From Hydrolagus affinis (Eukaryota), in NCBI GenBank assembly GCA_012026655.1, contig JAAILG010000650.1, forward strand, positions 1-64,000: a DNA stretch of 64,000 nucleotides. Direction: 5' to 3'. A program made the position numbers and the translations under genes. Below the pieces are notes generated by a model. That model was not told the DNA's origin. It made no database searches and saw only the letters and a program-made list of their open reading frames with translations. Positions 23,201 to 35,535 of this stretch are shown piece by piece; the first letter of the stretch is position 1; each line of letters begins with the position of its first letter.

Positions 23201-26200
23201 TAAGCTGAATGAGTTGGTCTCTCCACAGAAACACCAAACCGATATCCTAGCATGTATAGCAAATTTTGAAATTCACAGCCAGATTTGAATGCAAGAATGA
23301 TGGGCTTATGTGAAATGTTTACATAATAAATCCATTATTCTTAAATAATTCTTAAATTACGTTGATATGCCAATTACTAATAACTTTCATAATAATCACA
23401 ACATTATGATTAGCTTAGGTCACAATAGCCATATAATTTCACTTGAATTGTTCCTTTCCAACAGCCCTTCTCTCTCCCACATCAATACTAATAAGCATTG
23501 CAAATTTATTCCTGGTTGCCAGTCAAGAATCAATATTTTCCTGCTGGCTGGAGTGTAATTTCCCAGAAAATATGCAGTTATTAGCAGTGTCATGGGATAT
23601 GAGGAAATATTTCTGTTCTGAACTGAAGTAACGCACGCCTTAGTAGCAGTCGCTCGTTTTAACCTCCATTCCGTTCAAATATCTTGCCCAGACGCCAGGT
23701 ACTGACATATTTTGTGGTTATACATTGAGGCGACTGACACATTTCAATTACAAGCCAAGAGATAATTTCATTCCGCGAGTGTTTTGAAAGAATTTGAAAA
23801 TCAATGTGGGTGACATTGATCGCTCTTATCCTCCCTCCTTTGTGACAATTTGTCGGTCGGTGCCTGTGCTGCTTTGGGCTGTCTGCTGACATCAGAGGGT
23901 TTTCCAGTCAAGACTAATGGTAAAGTCTTTGTCCCAGGTGGTTGCTTCGTATTGTTTGAAGTTACTGATTGGTGTGAGACCACTTCCTTCTGACTAGCAG
24001 CATGGGGTCCAAAGCACAACATATGCTATCTGCTCACTAGATTTGTTTCTGATAATAAAACAGGATTTCTTTTCAATTTTGGACCCGGGACTCGTGTTGC
24101 AGCTATTCATCAACCCAGCAAAAGCTGGTGACTTGTAAGGCAAAGGAGGTTTTTGTTCAGGAATCACTGTCTGACACGGCTTCCAAATGGTTTTTACGGA
24201 GCAAATTGCAAATATTCTACGACAGGATTATTGAATATATCATTGTGCATTAGTGAGATGTACTTCACATGGTGACCATATTGTTTATTTTACAGATACC
24301 AACCCGAATGCTTACTGACCTATTTTGAGAAGTTATTAAACATTAATATTGTAGCAGTAGGAGACCTTTTGAAAAGAGCATCATGTACATAAATGTACTA
24401 TGGAAACCTGCACTGAAACACAACTGTCTATGGAGAAGATGTAGGTCATAGAAATGAAGAAAGAGAGCAAACAAATTAAGGCTAAACTTGGAACATCGAC
24501 AGTTGTCGAAATTAATAGGATAACAATTAACCATTTACGTGCAATTCTATCCCCTCATACATTAAAAGCAATGTGCTATTATTTCCAGTGTGTTGCCCTC
24601 TTATTTTCGCATGAGAGCATTGTGTAGTCATTGCAAACCATCCACGTGATGCAGCCATTAACCTTCTGAGTAAGCAGGTCCCTAACAATGGCCTCAATCT
24701 GCAGAAATGAGACTATTGCCAAGCAGGAGACTACTGAGTGTTTGGAATAAATAATGTAGGTCCCACATATTGCAAAGCACCCGCTGAATATAACATGCTC
24801 TGGATCTTGCGAATTATGACGAACCGTGTTCTTGAGCACTGTAACATTATCCAGACGCAAAACGTGTTTTTGGAGAAACCCGATGTTCTATGACCTCTAC
24901 TGTGTCAATAGAAATATATCATGTAACCTTACTTATCCATGCACAAGTTGTGTGCCTCTGAGCTCAGATCAATTCATATCCACTGTGTATAAAATGCACT
25001 TTGTATCAATTTGATCATGATTCAATTAACTCTTTCTGCATATTTTGTTTCCCCCAAAATATCAAAATGTTTCTGTTCTACTCTGTTATAAAGCACGTTG
25101 GATATCCTTTATTAAAAATCAAGTGGATGTGTTAATTATAGTGTAGAGCATGATTATATTGTCACATATTTCACCCGTTCAATTAAATAATCATTAATGG
25201 TTGAATCTTGAATGGGTGTTCATGAGACAGAATCTCAGCACAAAATTGCTTCAAAAATACTTTGTGTATCTAAGTGAAATCAACAAGCCAAGAACTGGCT
25301 TGTATTCACAAGAGAGTTTTTTTTAAATTGTATTATACCAAGATAATGGTATAATACAATTTATTATGTTGTTTTTATAGATTTAGGTAAAGGACTGAAA
25401 TCGGATAATACTTAGAAAAACTGCAGGAACTGCCAATTCTTTGTTTGAAGCCATTCAAAATTGTATTTGGAAGACAAGTGCTTGTTTAACCAGTTAGTTC
25501 TTTCCCCCCTATTATGCTGTCAATCCATTTTGAATGGTCTGCTCTGGTACAATGCACCTCCCTCATTAGGGTCTTTGGAGGATGGACTCGTAGCATGCTG
25601 AGAGTCAAGAGAAGATCATGTCCCTCATTTAGACACAACACATATTCTACCATCCCTCTAATTGTACTGCAACTCCAACTCGTTTGCTTCAGCTCGTCAT
25701 TAAAATTCATGGCTATGCTCCCTTGCTTACCCTCCCACCCTCAGATAGCCAGCTGCAGATTATTTAGCGAGACCGATCTCTGTAACCTTCGTAATGTTCT
25801 TAACTGGCCACAAAGCCCTGGCACTTGAGTGCCTTGCTGGATTGTTCGTCTTTGTCACACATTTTCAGAAGAGGACCAAAGTCATTTGGCTGGAAATATG
25901 CGTTGTGCGACTGTAACATTAATTATTGATAAAAAGATGCTAATTATTTATTGATTGTCTCCTGAAAAGGTTAGAAGGAAAGAGACTTGTGTGATATTTG
26001 GACTTCCATTATTTTTAGCCTGCATAATGGGAAATGTTGTGTTTTTAACTGATTAAGATTCGTTTTGAGGATTTTAATTTATCTCCTCTGGTGTCTGCAG
26101 TGGTTTTACCATTACTGTATGTACGTCCCAGATTACAGCTGGTCTCCCTGTCTGTTGATTGAGGAGGGGAAAACCAGTAAGATTTCTATCAAGATCCTCA

Positions 26201-28737
26201 TGCTGGAATACATGTGTGTATGTGTATATCGGATTAGGACAGTGTTGGGTCAGTTCTCAATCTCTATTCTCTTCCATCTCTCCCTCTCCCTCCCTCCGGG
26301 GTCAAAAAAAGCCTGCCATAGGTCACTCAAGAGTCAAGACACAAACTATTATAACGATCCTTGTGTTTGTTTCATATCATCAAGAAGTGCTTCGCAGGAT
26401 CTTACCATAAAATGTAGTGACTTGAGTATTTTTAGGCTAACATGGCAGTGAATTTGTGTATAACAGTGTCCGACACATTGCCATGAGGTGAATAGCCAAT
26501 TTTATTGGGGGACACTACATCTGTGAATAATGGTTACTTGAGCCCTATACACAAGTGGATTTCCCTGAATTCCTCCAATTGCACAATGTCACTTGGCCTG
26601 ACTTTATCTTTTTCTGAATCTTTGAATCAACGAGACCCACAGAAAAAAATCAAACCCGCGTTCTCAGAAGGCAGATTGCCAAGTGATATTATACTGTGCT
26701 AAAATAAACAGGGGTGTATTGAAACTAGGGGGGGTTTCAGCACTAATCTACCCATAGAAAATATGATTTACTGGAATAGCAGTATGTAAATTCAGATTGT
26801 GCTTCCGATCATTGGCAAATTGCCCGTTAGTTAACTAGCTTAAAAACAGTGAAGATAAATAAAGGGAGGATAAAGGACGGGGAATAAACCTCTAACCACA
26901 TTCACAGAATCAGTCTGTTTATGCCATCAAATCAGTTCCCTTTTTATTGCAGGATTGTTTACACATGAATAGCTATAATTTCCAAGATGGTCATCAAATG
27001 CTGTAACGACTCTAAATGCAGCAGCATATAATGATCTTGCATTATATGAATATTTGAGCGTGGAGAGTGGTTTGCTGGGGTCTCCCCATCTGATTCAAAT
27101 GCAGGTAATGTTGTTCGGGGCTCTGTGAACCAAGCATCAATTTCCCAGCAGGTCGCACTTGACAAGCAGGTGTCACTCAATCATGCGCATTTTCACCTCC
27201 ATGGGCTGACAGATGGTCCCAGTCTGCTTAGCATTTCCACCCTCTGTTGCAAGCCCCTCAAACTCTTGCCAATATTAAAGACACTCTGAGATTTGTGTTA
27301 ATCTGGAGTCTTTGGGGTAAACCCAACCACTGTCTACTGTTATCGTGTCTCATTAAGGACGGGTCTCTTATCTCTCCAATGTTTCAAGCATATAGATATG
27401 CTCAACCTTTTATACCCCTGCATTCAACTTTCATGTAAATTAGTTCCTATTACTTTGAAACTGCTAAATTACTCTCTCTTTAGGGGCACGACCTAATCCT
27501 GTTTTACCCTCTTGCTATGAACTAAAGACAGGATTATTTCTGAATAGGTATAATGGAGAGTTTAGTGACATGGTCAGGGCAGTCACATTAATAACAGGGG
27601 GAAAAAAATCAAATATGTTAATGATTAAGAAGAAAGCAGATGTGTCTTACTTCCTTATCCTAATATCCCTCATAAGCTTTCAGTGTTTTTTTCTTTCGCC
27701 TTTTACTGATTGACTCAGTCTTGTCAGACACCAGATGTTAATGCTTTTATTGCGGATGATTTTTTTTAACCTCGGGTTTCATCAACAGCCACTGAATTGT
27801 TCTGGTGACACTTGACCCTGAAGAGTCTTAGGGTGTGATTTTTGTTGTTGTTTTTTCTCGCCGGTGAGCAAAGGGAGCTGCCAAACACAGGGCTGCGCTG
27901 TAACTCTCCTGTAAAGAGAATGCCCCAGGGCTTGTTATATAGAGGAAGTTCTGCACCTGCATCGCAGCAAAATTAACTCCGGAAAGGTTGCAATAAAATT
28001 AACCTTTGTTACGATGAATATAAAGCAGTTCTTGCTTGGGCAATGGTTCCACCAACATTATTGTTGATGGCTCTTGCAATTATTCTGTATCACAGCTCAA
28101 GGCTGGATGTGCACCAGTCCATTGAACCCTATTTTCCTGATGTGCATTGTTTCTCAAGTTGATTTTGTACTGTATACAAAAAAATCTTGAATCCTGTTGC
28201 TGTAGCTTGAATTTAATGTCTAAAATCGGTAGCTGTACACTCAGATCATATTTCTACGCTGATATCTTCAGTTATTTTTCAAATGAGTTAATGCTGAATA
28301 GAACCAATCGTTTTAAGCTAAAAGGAACATTTATTTTGTGGGCTACTGTAATTGCTGCACTAATTTTAATGAACTAATTGTTTTATATTCAGAGTGAGAG
28401 ACCAAGCAAAATAAACCTGTGACATTTAACTAATGAGGTGGAGTCTCGATGTGCTTGCGATGTGCTGGATTCACTTAATGCTTAGTAACCTGACTTTGGA
28501 AGATTTACAGCTAGCTTTCCTGATCTGGGTGATATTATGTTTCTTAACACGCTTACTTTCTGTTTTTTCTAAATACCTAATTGAAGCTTCCTAACCTATT
28601 TAGGCTTAATGCCATATCTTACAAATCTAATCTGCACTAATTTCTCATCCTCTAAGGAATCGTCTTAAGACCCAAGTAAAGATGTTTTTTTCTCCTGGTA
28701 TAATTTTTGTTTGGTCCTTAATATCTGGCCCACCAGA

Positions 28738-28845
28738 TATTCCTTGCATTTGATATACTGTAGCAACTTTCATATTGGGAGGACATCTCGAAGAATTTCA
28801 CAGGATTTATTGTAATATGTAGTGACTGTGTATTTCGCAGGTGAT
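28738..28845 (-). mobile_element. Old SINE tail fragment
   Basis: tccttgcatttgatata...tttcatattgggaggacatctcgaagaatttcacaggatttattgtaatatgtagtgactgtgtatt. Confidence 0.65.
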
Positions 28846-29331
28846 TGTAACAATATCACAAATATTTAACTCAAATTATTGAGCCATTTGGTGATAGGGT
28901 AAATCAAAGAAAGTTTGCCCACAAGTTCCTCAGATTTATATCCCAGGCTCCTCACAACTTTGCTACATGTACAACAATTAATTCTAAGATTTTAAAAACC
29001 CGAGTTTGTTCTTGTAGTTCCAATCATTGGTGTGGGGGTTCTTGGTTCAAGATATTTCGCTGTGTGTACATGCATAGTTCGATTTGTAAAATGGCCACGA
29101 ATCCGGAGATTAATTCAGCAACTGAATTTTCGGTGACTTTCAATGTACTTTTATTAAAGGTTAGCATTTCCATTCAATGTACTATTCATGAAGGTCTTGT
29201 CCCTCAGAGCTTTAGCAGCCTAGATGTAATGACCACAAATGATGCAGAAATGTTTTTTTTCACAGGTGCATGCTAGTATTGAAATTCATTTGAAAACTAT
29301 TTAGATTCATATATTTGGTGATTGTAAAGGA

Positions 29332-29334
<3 letters not shown>

Positions 29335-29362
<28 letters not shown>

Positions 29363-29384
29363 GATATATGTGTGTGTGTGTGTG
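29335..29384. repeat. Compound microsatellite (TA)n(TG)n
   Basis: Read directly from the sequence. Confidence 0.97.
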
Positions 29385-30119
29385 AGACATTATGCAGTGC
29401 AGGCTTTGTGAAGAAGACTGCAGCCCAAAGCTATCCTGCAATCAGCAAATCTTTAAAAGACTTCAAAGACACATCATTTGGAAGCACTGCTTTGAATTCA
29501 GAATTGCATCAAAGTCGCTGTACTGTTGTGCGGGTCTAATTTGGGACAGTGGTAGCAAGACACTACTCTCAAATAGATATAGTGTAAGAATCCCAATTGA
29601 CTGTCCGAACAGACATCTTTCACCAATATACTGTACATCAAAGCCTACAATCTCATAGTGTGTTCTGATAGTTTTTTTTAATTGCCATAAAACAGGGCAA
29701 GAAGGGACTGCAATGCCAGAATTTCAGTGGTAATTTGAGTGGCGATGAAAAGCTTATGGTGTGGAAGGGAAAATTATAAGACGGCTACACTCCCACACCA
29801 TCCAGCAGATAGTCACAGAGTCCCTTTCACAGAGAATAGGCTGTAGTATATGACCTGCCTAGGAATCAATAACATAAACTAGTTTAAAGTGAGCCAAATC
29901 CTTTTTTCTCCTTTTCTGATTTCTTTAGTACAATATTTCTGTCACTTCCTTTCCTATTTAAAAAAAAGTGCACTTTGTATAGTTCAAGGGTGTTTCACAG
30001 TATGTACCATTGTAACTTAAATCATGACATACCACTTGTTAGGACCCGCAAATTGGACCCCAATGGCAAACATGAAGATTTATCCGCTCCATCTGTAAAC
30101 TGCTAGTGTTTTATTCCCC

Positions 30120-30268
30120 GAATTCTTCGACCTCCCCTTCTTGTTTCACCCCCGCCCAAACACCCCCCTCCCAGCTCGGGTCACACTCCCCATGTGCAGC
30201 GCCTTGGGACGTCCTCCCGACGTGAAAGGCGCTCTATAAATGTAATTTGTTGTTGTTGTTGTTGTTAT
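30120..30268 (+). mobile_element. Young L2 3' end, (GTT)n-ended
   Basis: C-rich UTR followed by cagcgccttgggacgtcctcccgacgtgaaaggcgctctataaatgtaatttgttgttgttgtt; the tail core is identical to 54699-54755. Confidence 0.85.
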
Positions 30269-30849
30269 TCAATTATCTGCAGCTAGCAGTGTGCATGAAT
30301 GTCTCTGGAAATAGTGTACAAGCCATTGAAATTGTGTTGTCACCATGATAAATAGAGTTATGTCTTTATTTCCAAAGTTACCTTTGCAATAAAATGTTGA
30401 GGCTTTTTCTGCACTGCTGATTAGTGCCGTAATCTCTTCTTATAATCGCAATGTAAATAAATCTGATTTGTTTAAATTACAGATGCAGCATGCAGTTAGC
30501 AGCAGTTCTGTACATCAGTAGAGACAGCACGTTAAATATACCACAAACAATGATAGACTTCAAGATCAAAAGGGATCGCTGGATCAGGGGAATGCAGTTC
30601 CAAGGCAAGTCTTTTGGGGGGGATTTGTTTCAAAAGAAATTATGAACTGATTATCTATAGTTTCCAAATAATAATCCAAACTGGAATTCAAATTGCACAA
30701 ATTGAATGAGTTGGCTTTGAAATCACATATAAATAGCATCTTGCATTGCTTATTATTAATGTTGTTATCAAGTGAGGACCCACATTGTTTGCGAGTCAAG
30801 CTACATTCACACTATGACTAATATAATTACAGTGTGTACAATTTGCAGT

Positions 30850-30937
30850 TGAATGGGTCACTGCTGACCTAACTGAGATCTGCTGGATTAGCACACATTC
30901 AAGCTAAAACCTAGGACTTTTCTGGTCTGTGTAGCTT
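30850..30937 (-). mobile_element. Ancient tRNA-derived SINE (family B), head fragment
   Basis: Reverse complement cacagaccagaaaagtcctaggttttagcttgaatgtgtgctaatccagcagatctcag resembles 47575-47620 and 41945-41990. Confidence 0.5.
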
Positions 30938-31181
30938 TTAAACCAATGTTAATCATAGAATTTACCTAACAAAGGAATTATAACGTATACAGTGTTTCAG
31001 TATCTTGTGACTCATTACTTGAACCTGTCAGTTTCTGAATGACTCTTTGTCTGTGCTTTCACCTTTTCTGTTGACAGAACATTGTTTCTGATGAGTTTGC
31101 AGGAGGATTTCAGTGCGAAAAGTAAAGCAGCTTTAATGTGTCTAAATGGTGGACTTTTTGTGCAAAGGCCTTTCATTAGAA

Positions 31182-31250
31182 ACAACAAGAACCACAACAA
31201 TAACAAACAACAAAATTACATTTATAGAGCGCCCTTCAGGTCGGGAGGAC
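31182..31250 (-). mobile_element. L2 3' tail
   Basis: caacaaaattacatttatagagcgcccttcaggtcgggaggac. Confidence 0.8.
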
Positions 31251-31311
31251 ATTATAAAACTATCATAATACACATTAAGATACAGAATTTCCTTGCAACT
31301 CTCTTAAGTTA

Positions 31312-31775
31312 GATGTCAGCCCCACTCTTTGAGTAACACTCTCGCCTCCGAGTCAGAAAGTTATAGGAACAAGACGCACATCGAGACTTTGAACTCACAG
31401 TCTAGGATGACACTCCAGTACAATACAGTGGGAGCACTGCACAGGTCCAGATGGGACCTTGGTTTAACATCTCATTGTTGTGGGTTGAGATGTCAAACTA
31501 AGGTCCCATCTGGACTGGTTCAAGTGGACATTAAAGATCTCATTGTATCACTCGAAAAGAGAAGGAAGTCTCTCCCGGTGTTCTGGCCAACAAATCTCCC
31601 AGATAAGGTTACTCATTCATTTTATAGCTGTTTTCAGGACATTGCTGTACCAAAATTGGCTGCTACTACAAAATACTGTACACAGTCACTGCACCTTACA
31701 GTAAATCCTGTGAAGTACTTTGAGATGTTTTCCTAATATGAAAGGTGCTCTAGTGAACACAAGTATTTTTATTAT
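31312..31775 (+). mobile_element. DeuSINE (SacSINE1-like), near full length
   Basis: tRNA-like head (cactctcgcctccgagtcagaaag), Deu-like core (gacactccagtacaatacagtgggagcactgcac...gtggacattaaagatctcattg...gaagtctctcccggtgttctggccaaca) and L2-type tail. Homologous to 38566-38790. The family name comes from a remembered consensus. Confidence 0.8.
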
Positions 31776-32777
31776 TGTAAGTTAGACTGTTTATAAACAT
31801 ATATAGATATATAATATATTCCATTTCTGACTTGCTGAATTAAAATGAACACCAACTACATTCTCCAGAGATCATAACTGCAATTGCATTATCCAATGAA
31901 ATATTTGGTATTATATTTCCAGTCATCTGCATAAGTTGAAAAACTCTACTGGACAAAGAATTCCATTGGAATCGGTTGTAAATTGTCCCAAAATGATAAG
32001 AATTTCAAACCAAATTATATTAAAAATGATTCAGTATGTGTCTTTTTTAAAACAATTGCTGCAAGCAGGGAATGAGTTCAAGGGTATAATCCAATTGGAG
32101 TTCCGATTGCTTTCATATACTACCCCAGCTTCACTTGTCTGTTTTCTGAGATCATCTGAATCTCTCTATTAGATTATAACCTTGTAACTCAATCTCAGCT
32201 ATGCATTAGTCTATATATAGATATGTGAATACAAGCACAGAATGAGAGTCTGGACTATTACGGTTTATTGTATAAGGAGACATTATAGCCCATTAATGAT
32301 GGAGCCACAAAGTGGCATGGATGTTAAAATTAATTCGTACAATGAGGGGCTAAGACTGGACTTGAAGGTTTATTGTGATTCAGCACTAGAATCCCCAAAT
32401 CAGACACATGCAACCCTCTTTCCATAACCACCAGGGAACTGGACAAATGCTGGTCATCAAATTAGGGAATCAGATTTGCACAACTCCCTTCCCCATCAGA
32501 GTCACACACAACTGCCTTTCTGTATTCCCTGAGGTGACTGCTCATGCCCTTTGTTAAGACATTAGAGTTTATTTCTGCTTGAATCCAAATCTAAAATAGT
32601 TGGTGCATATCAAAACATCTCAAGGAATGGGTGACACAGAGGTATAGTGAGTTTGAACAGACTGGTACAACATGTAGCCCTGAACCCATCTAACACTGAA
32701 ACCATCTAACAGGGCCTCAGCCTGAAAACAAATATCAAAACTCGTCAACCAGAAGAAAGGAAAACTTATTTTTACAA

Positions 32778-32870
32778 TAATAAACTTTAATTTTGCTATA
32801 GCTCCTTTCAAGTCAGGTGGATGTCCCGAAGTGCTGCACAGGAAATATACTGTAAAGTGCAGTGACTGGG
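32778..32870 (-). mobile_element. Old SINE tail fragment
   Basis: tatagctcctttcaagtcaggtggatgtcccgaagtgctgcacaggaaatatactgtaaagtgcagtgactg. Confidence 0.65.
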
Positions 32871-33804
32871 CAAGTGAACCTACAACTTTATAGATCTCAG
32901 TCAACGCAAATCTTTCTCTCTGGAAATTTCATTTCACTTGCTCTTGTTCCGAACTCTAATCTTGTTTGTTTACAGATGGTCTGCCCATACACAAGCACCA
33001 GAAAACTCATATTACAAAAGCCAGTCCCGCATAATTTTTTAACCCATGATGACAATCAGTTTATTGTTCGATTTGCACCAACTACAATTTATTTTTACAT
33101 TAATCACAAATTACCCATTGAATAAGAAACAAGACCCTCATCCAGGTGAAGAATCAGTTTGTTCCTTTAATCACCCCTGTGAACAATTTGAAGCTTATAA
33201 GAGATTATTCTGCTCTGTTTGCTGAGTAGAGTGAATCTCTGATGTGCACTTTTGTTGGGATTTCTATTATAGCCAGACATTGAAATTGCTACACTTAAGC
33301 AAACAGCAGGATAAGCTTCATAATCTCATTAGGCAAACTATTACAAAGCAAGTAATATGTAAGAAACTACTAGGCAGGACTAAACCAATGTTCAATGTAA
33401 CCTAACCATTCAATTTCCCCCCAAAATTCATTCAACACATAGTTAGAAGTTATCTAGTTATCCAGATTTAGTTATATAGATAAACTTTATCTAGATAAAG
33501 TTATCTCATTATCTAGTAACCAAAGTTCCTTCTAATTTCCTGGAATTTATTTATTCCCTGTGCCCCATGTCTTCCCTCTCTGTATTCAAAATACACCTCC
33601 CTATCCCTCGCTATGCAAATATAATGTTGTTGTTGTTGTTGTAACCCCTCCCAATTCAGGCTCCAGCGCGTTTTGTAAAGTGACTTGAGGCGTTCTCTGA
33701 TTTTTTTCCTCCCATGTTAAACCACGAAGATGAAATCCGCCTTTTGGGCTAGTGATTAAGCAGATATATGTGCCTTCATATGTGTACCACTCTCCATTAA
33801 CTAC

Positions 33805-33915
33805 GTTATGTGTAAATGCCTACAAAATACAGTCACTGCACTAAACAGAAAGTCCCTGTGAATCACTTTGAGACTTTTTTTCATTGGCAGCTGTTATATC
33901 AAATGCAGGGATTTC
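33805..33915 (+). mobile_element. Old SINE tail fragment
   Basis: gcctacaaaatacagtcactgcac...ccctgtgaatcactttgagac...tatatcaaatgcagggatt. Confidence 0.6.
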
Positions 33916-35334
33916 TTTTCAATTTACAACAAGTATATGCTTCATCTGGAAGTAAAGTTTTTCGACATATCAATGCCATTGTGCTATCATGAGAAAATCA
34001 TTATAATATCACCAAATCATCACATTATTTTTATCCAGAGTTGCAAGCTTATTTCTAACTCTGTAATGCAGCCTTGCAACAAATTCTATTTTTAGACATT
34101 TCAGTCATTGCAGGTCATCTGATTTCCAGCGTCTCCCACTTATAGACACACTGAAGAGGCAGTACGGTGAACTTGTTAAAAATCTGCCCATTTTTCTCCA
34201 TTAGCGTTATATCTGGATTAAAAATGCTTCAAATTGCAATTCATTATATGTTCGTAAAAAAAAATCTTTCTAAACAGAGATATTGATAGTAAATTGGATT
34301 AAGTCTTATTTATCTGGAGGGCTCTATTGGAATATGGCAAACTCATGATAACCAAGGAAAAGTGTCTTCAGTGACGAGTTATCCAGAGAAGTGAGTTAGG
34401 CATATTTATAAATACAGTACGTCAATAATTGTGGCCTAGATATTGATGGCATGAAGGGTCGGGATATCAGGAGTTTGCTGTAATTTATTTGTAAATTCCC
34501 AACTCTTTTGAGTCATGGTTTTTGAGCCCACGGACATGGTGTAGAGTTACAATGTGAAATAATCTTTTACAGATCTGAGCATTCCAACCTGGAAAATCCA
34601 TTTAATGGTACAAACGTTTCTCAACACAGTGCTGACTACAAGGAATTTGCAACCCACAATGAAGCAGTAAGAGATATGGGCTCTCTGGATTGCCTCAGAA
34701 ACAGGTATGTGCATGTCATCAGTGAATACCGTGTGGCCAGACCCCTTGAAACTCTCAGTCACGCATCTGTGGATCCCACCATGCCTACCTCGCTTGTGTA
34801 CATTATCTTAAGGAACACTCAATTACAGACATTCACAATCTCTTCCAAACTGCTTAATTACAATCCTTATTCATTACAGCACACAGAGCTATAGAATCGA
34901 CATCCCCTAATGAATCATTTGGATGCAGGTATTGTTCCTATTGCACTTCTTGTAAAGATTATGCTCCTTTTAGATTGCAACACTCTTCCATAGATATTGG
35001 GCAAGGAGAATGTGGATGCAGTGTCTTTCAAAGCAATATAAATTATTTGCTTCCAATGGTCAGAATTGATTGAAAAGATCTACAGCCATGCAGAACATTA
35101 GACATCTATGTGTCTCGTTCTGGGATCTTAATCTCAAATCCTTCCACCACAACCCCTTCCAAATTTTTATGTGCTCTCATATCCTAAAGGTAATGGTTCA
35201 TGTTAATGCATAGGCTCAGTAGCTTCCGGAACTTTATTAACGTTGACGTTCTTCAGTTACAATGCTACCCTATGTGTGGGGGTGCTATATATGTGTAAGT
35301 TGTTGTTGTGTGCGTCTTAATAGTGGATGGTAGC

Positions 35335-35535
35335 AGGATATCCAACCATGAAGACATCAGGATCAAGCCTGATCTTGACCTCACTTTACATCCACATATA
35401 TGATCAGTAGTGGGAAACCTGGCTAATATTTGTCCTTCCTACCCCCAAGTTGATGAGCTATTACCTCATTCCATATGCTAACTGTGCACAGACAAGGCAT
35501 CAATTTTGGGGTCTTCTGAAGCTGTATGGTTCAGT
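35335..35535 (-). mobile_element. Ancient tRNA-derived SINE (family B), decayed
   Basis: Reverse complement actgaaccatacagc...gaagaccccaaaattgatgccttgtctgtgcacagttagc...gtggatgtaaagtgaggtcaagatcaggcttg parallels the 47530 and 41915 copies. Confidence 0.5.
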
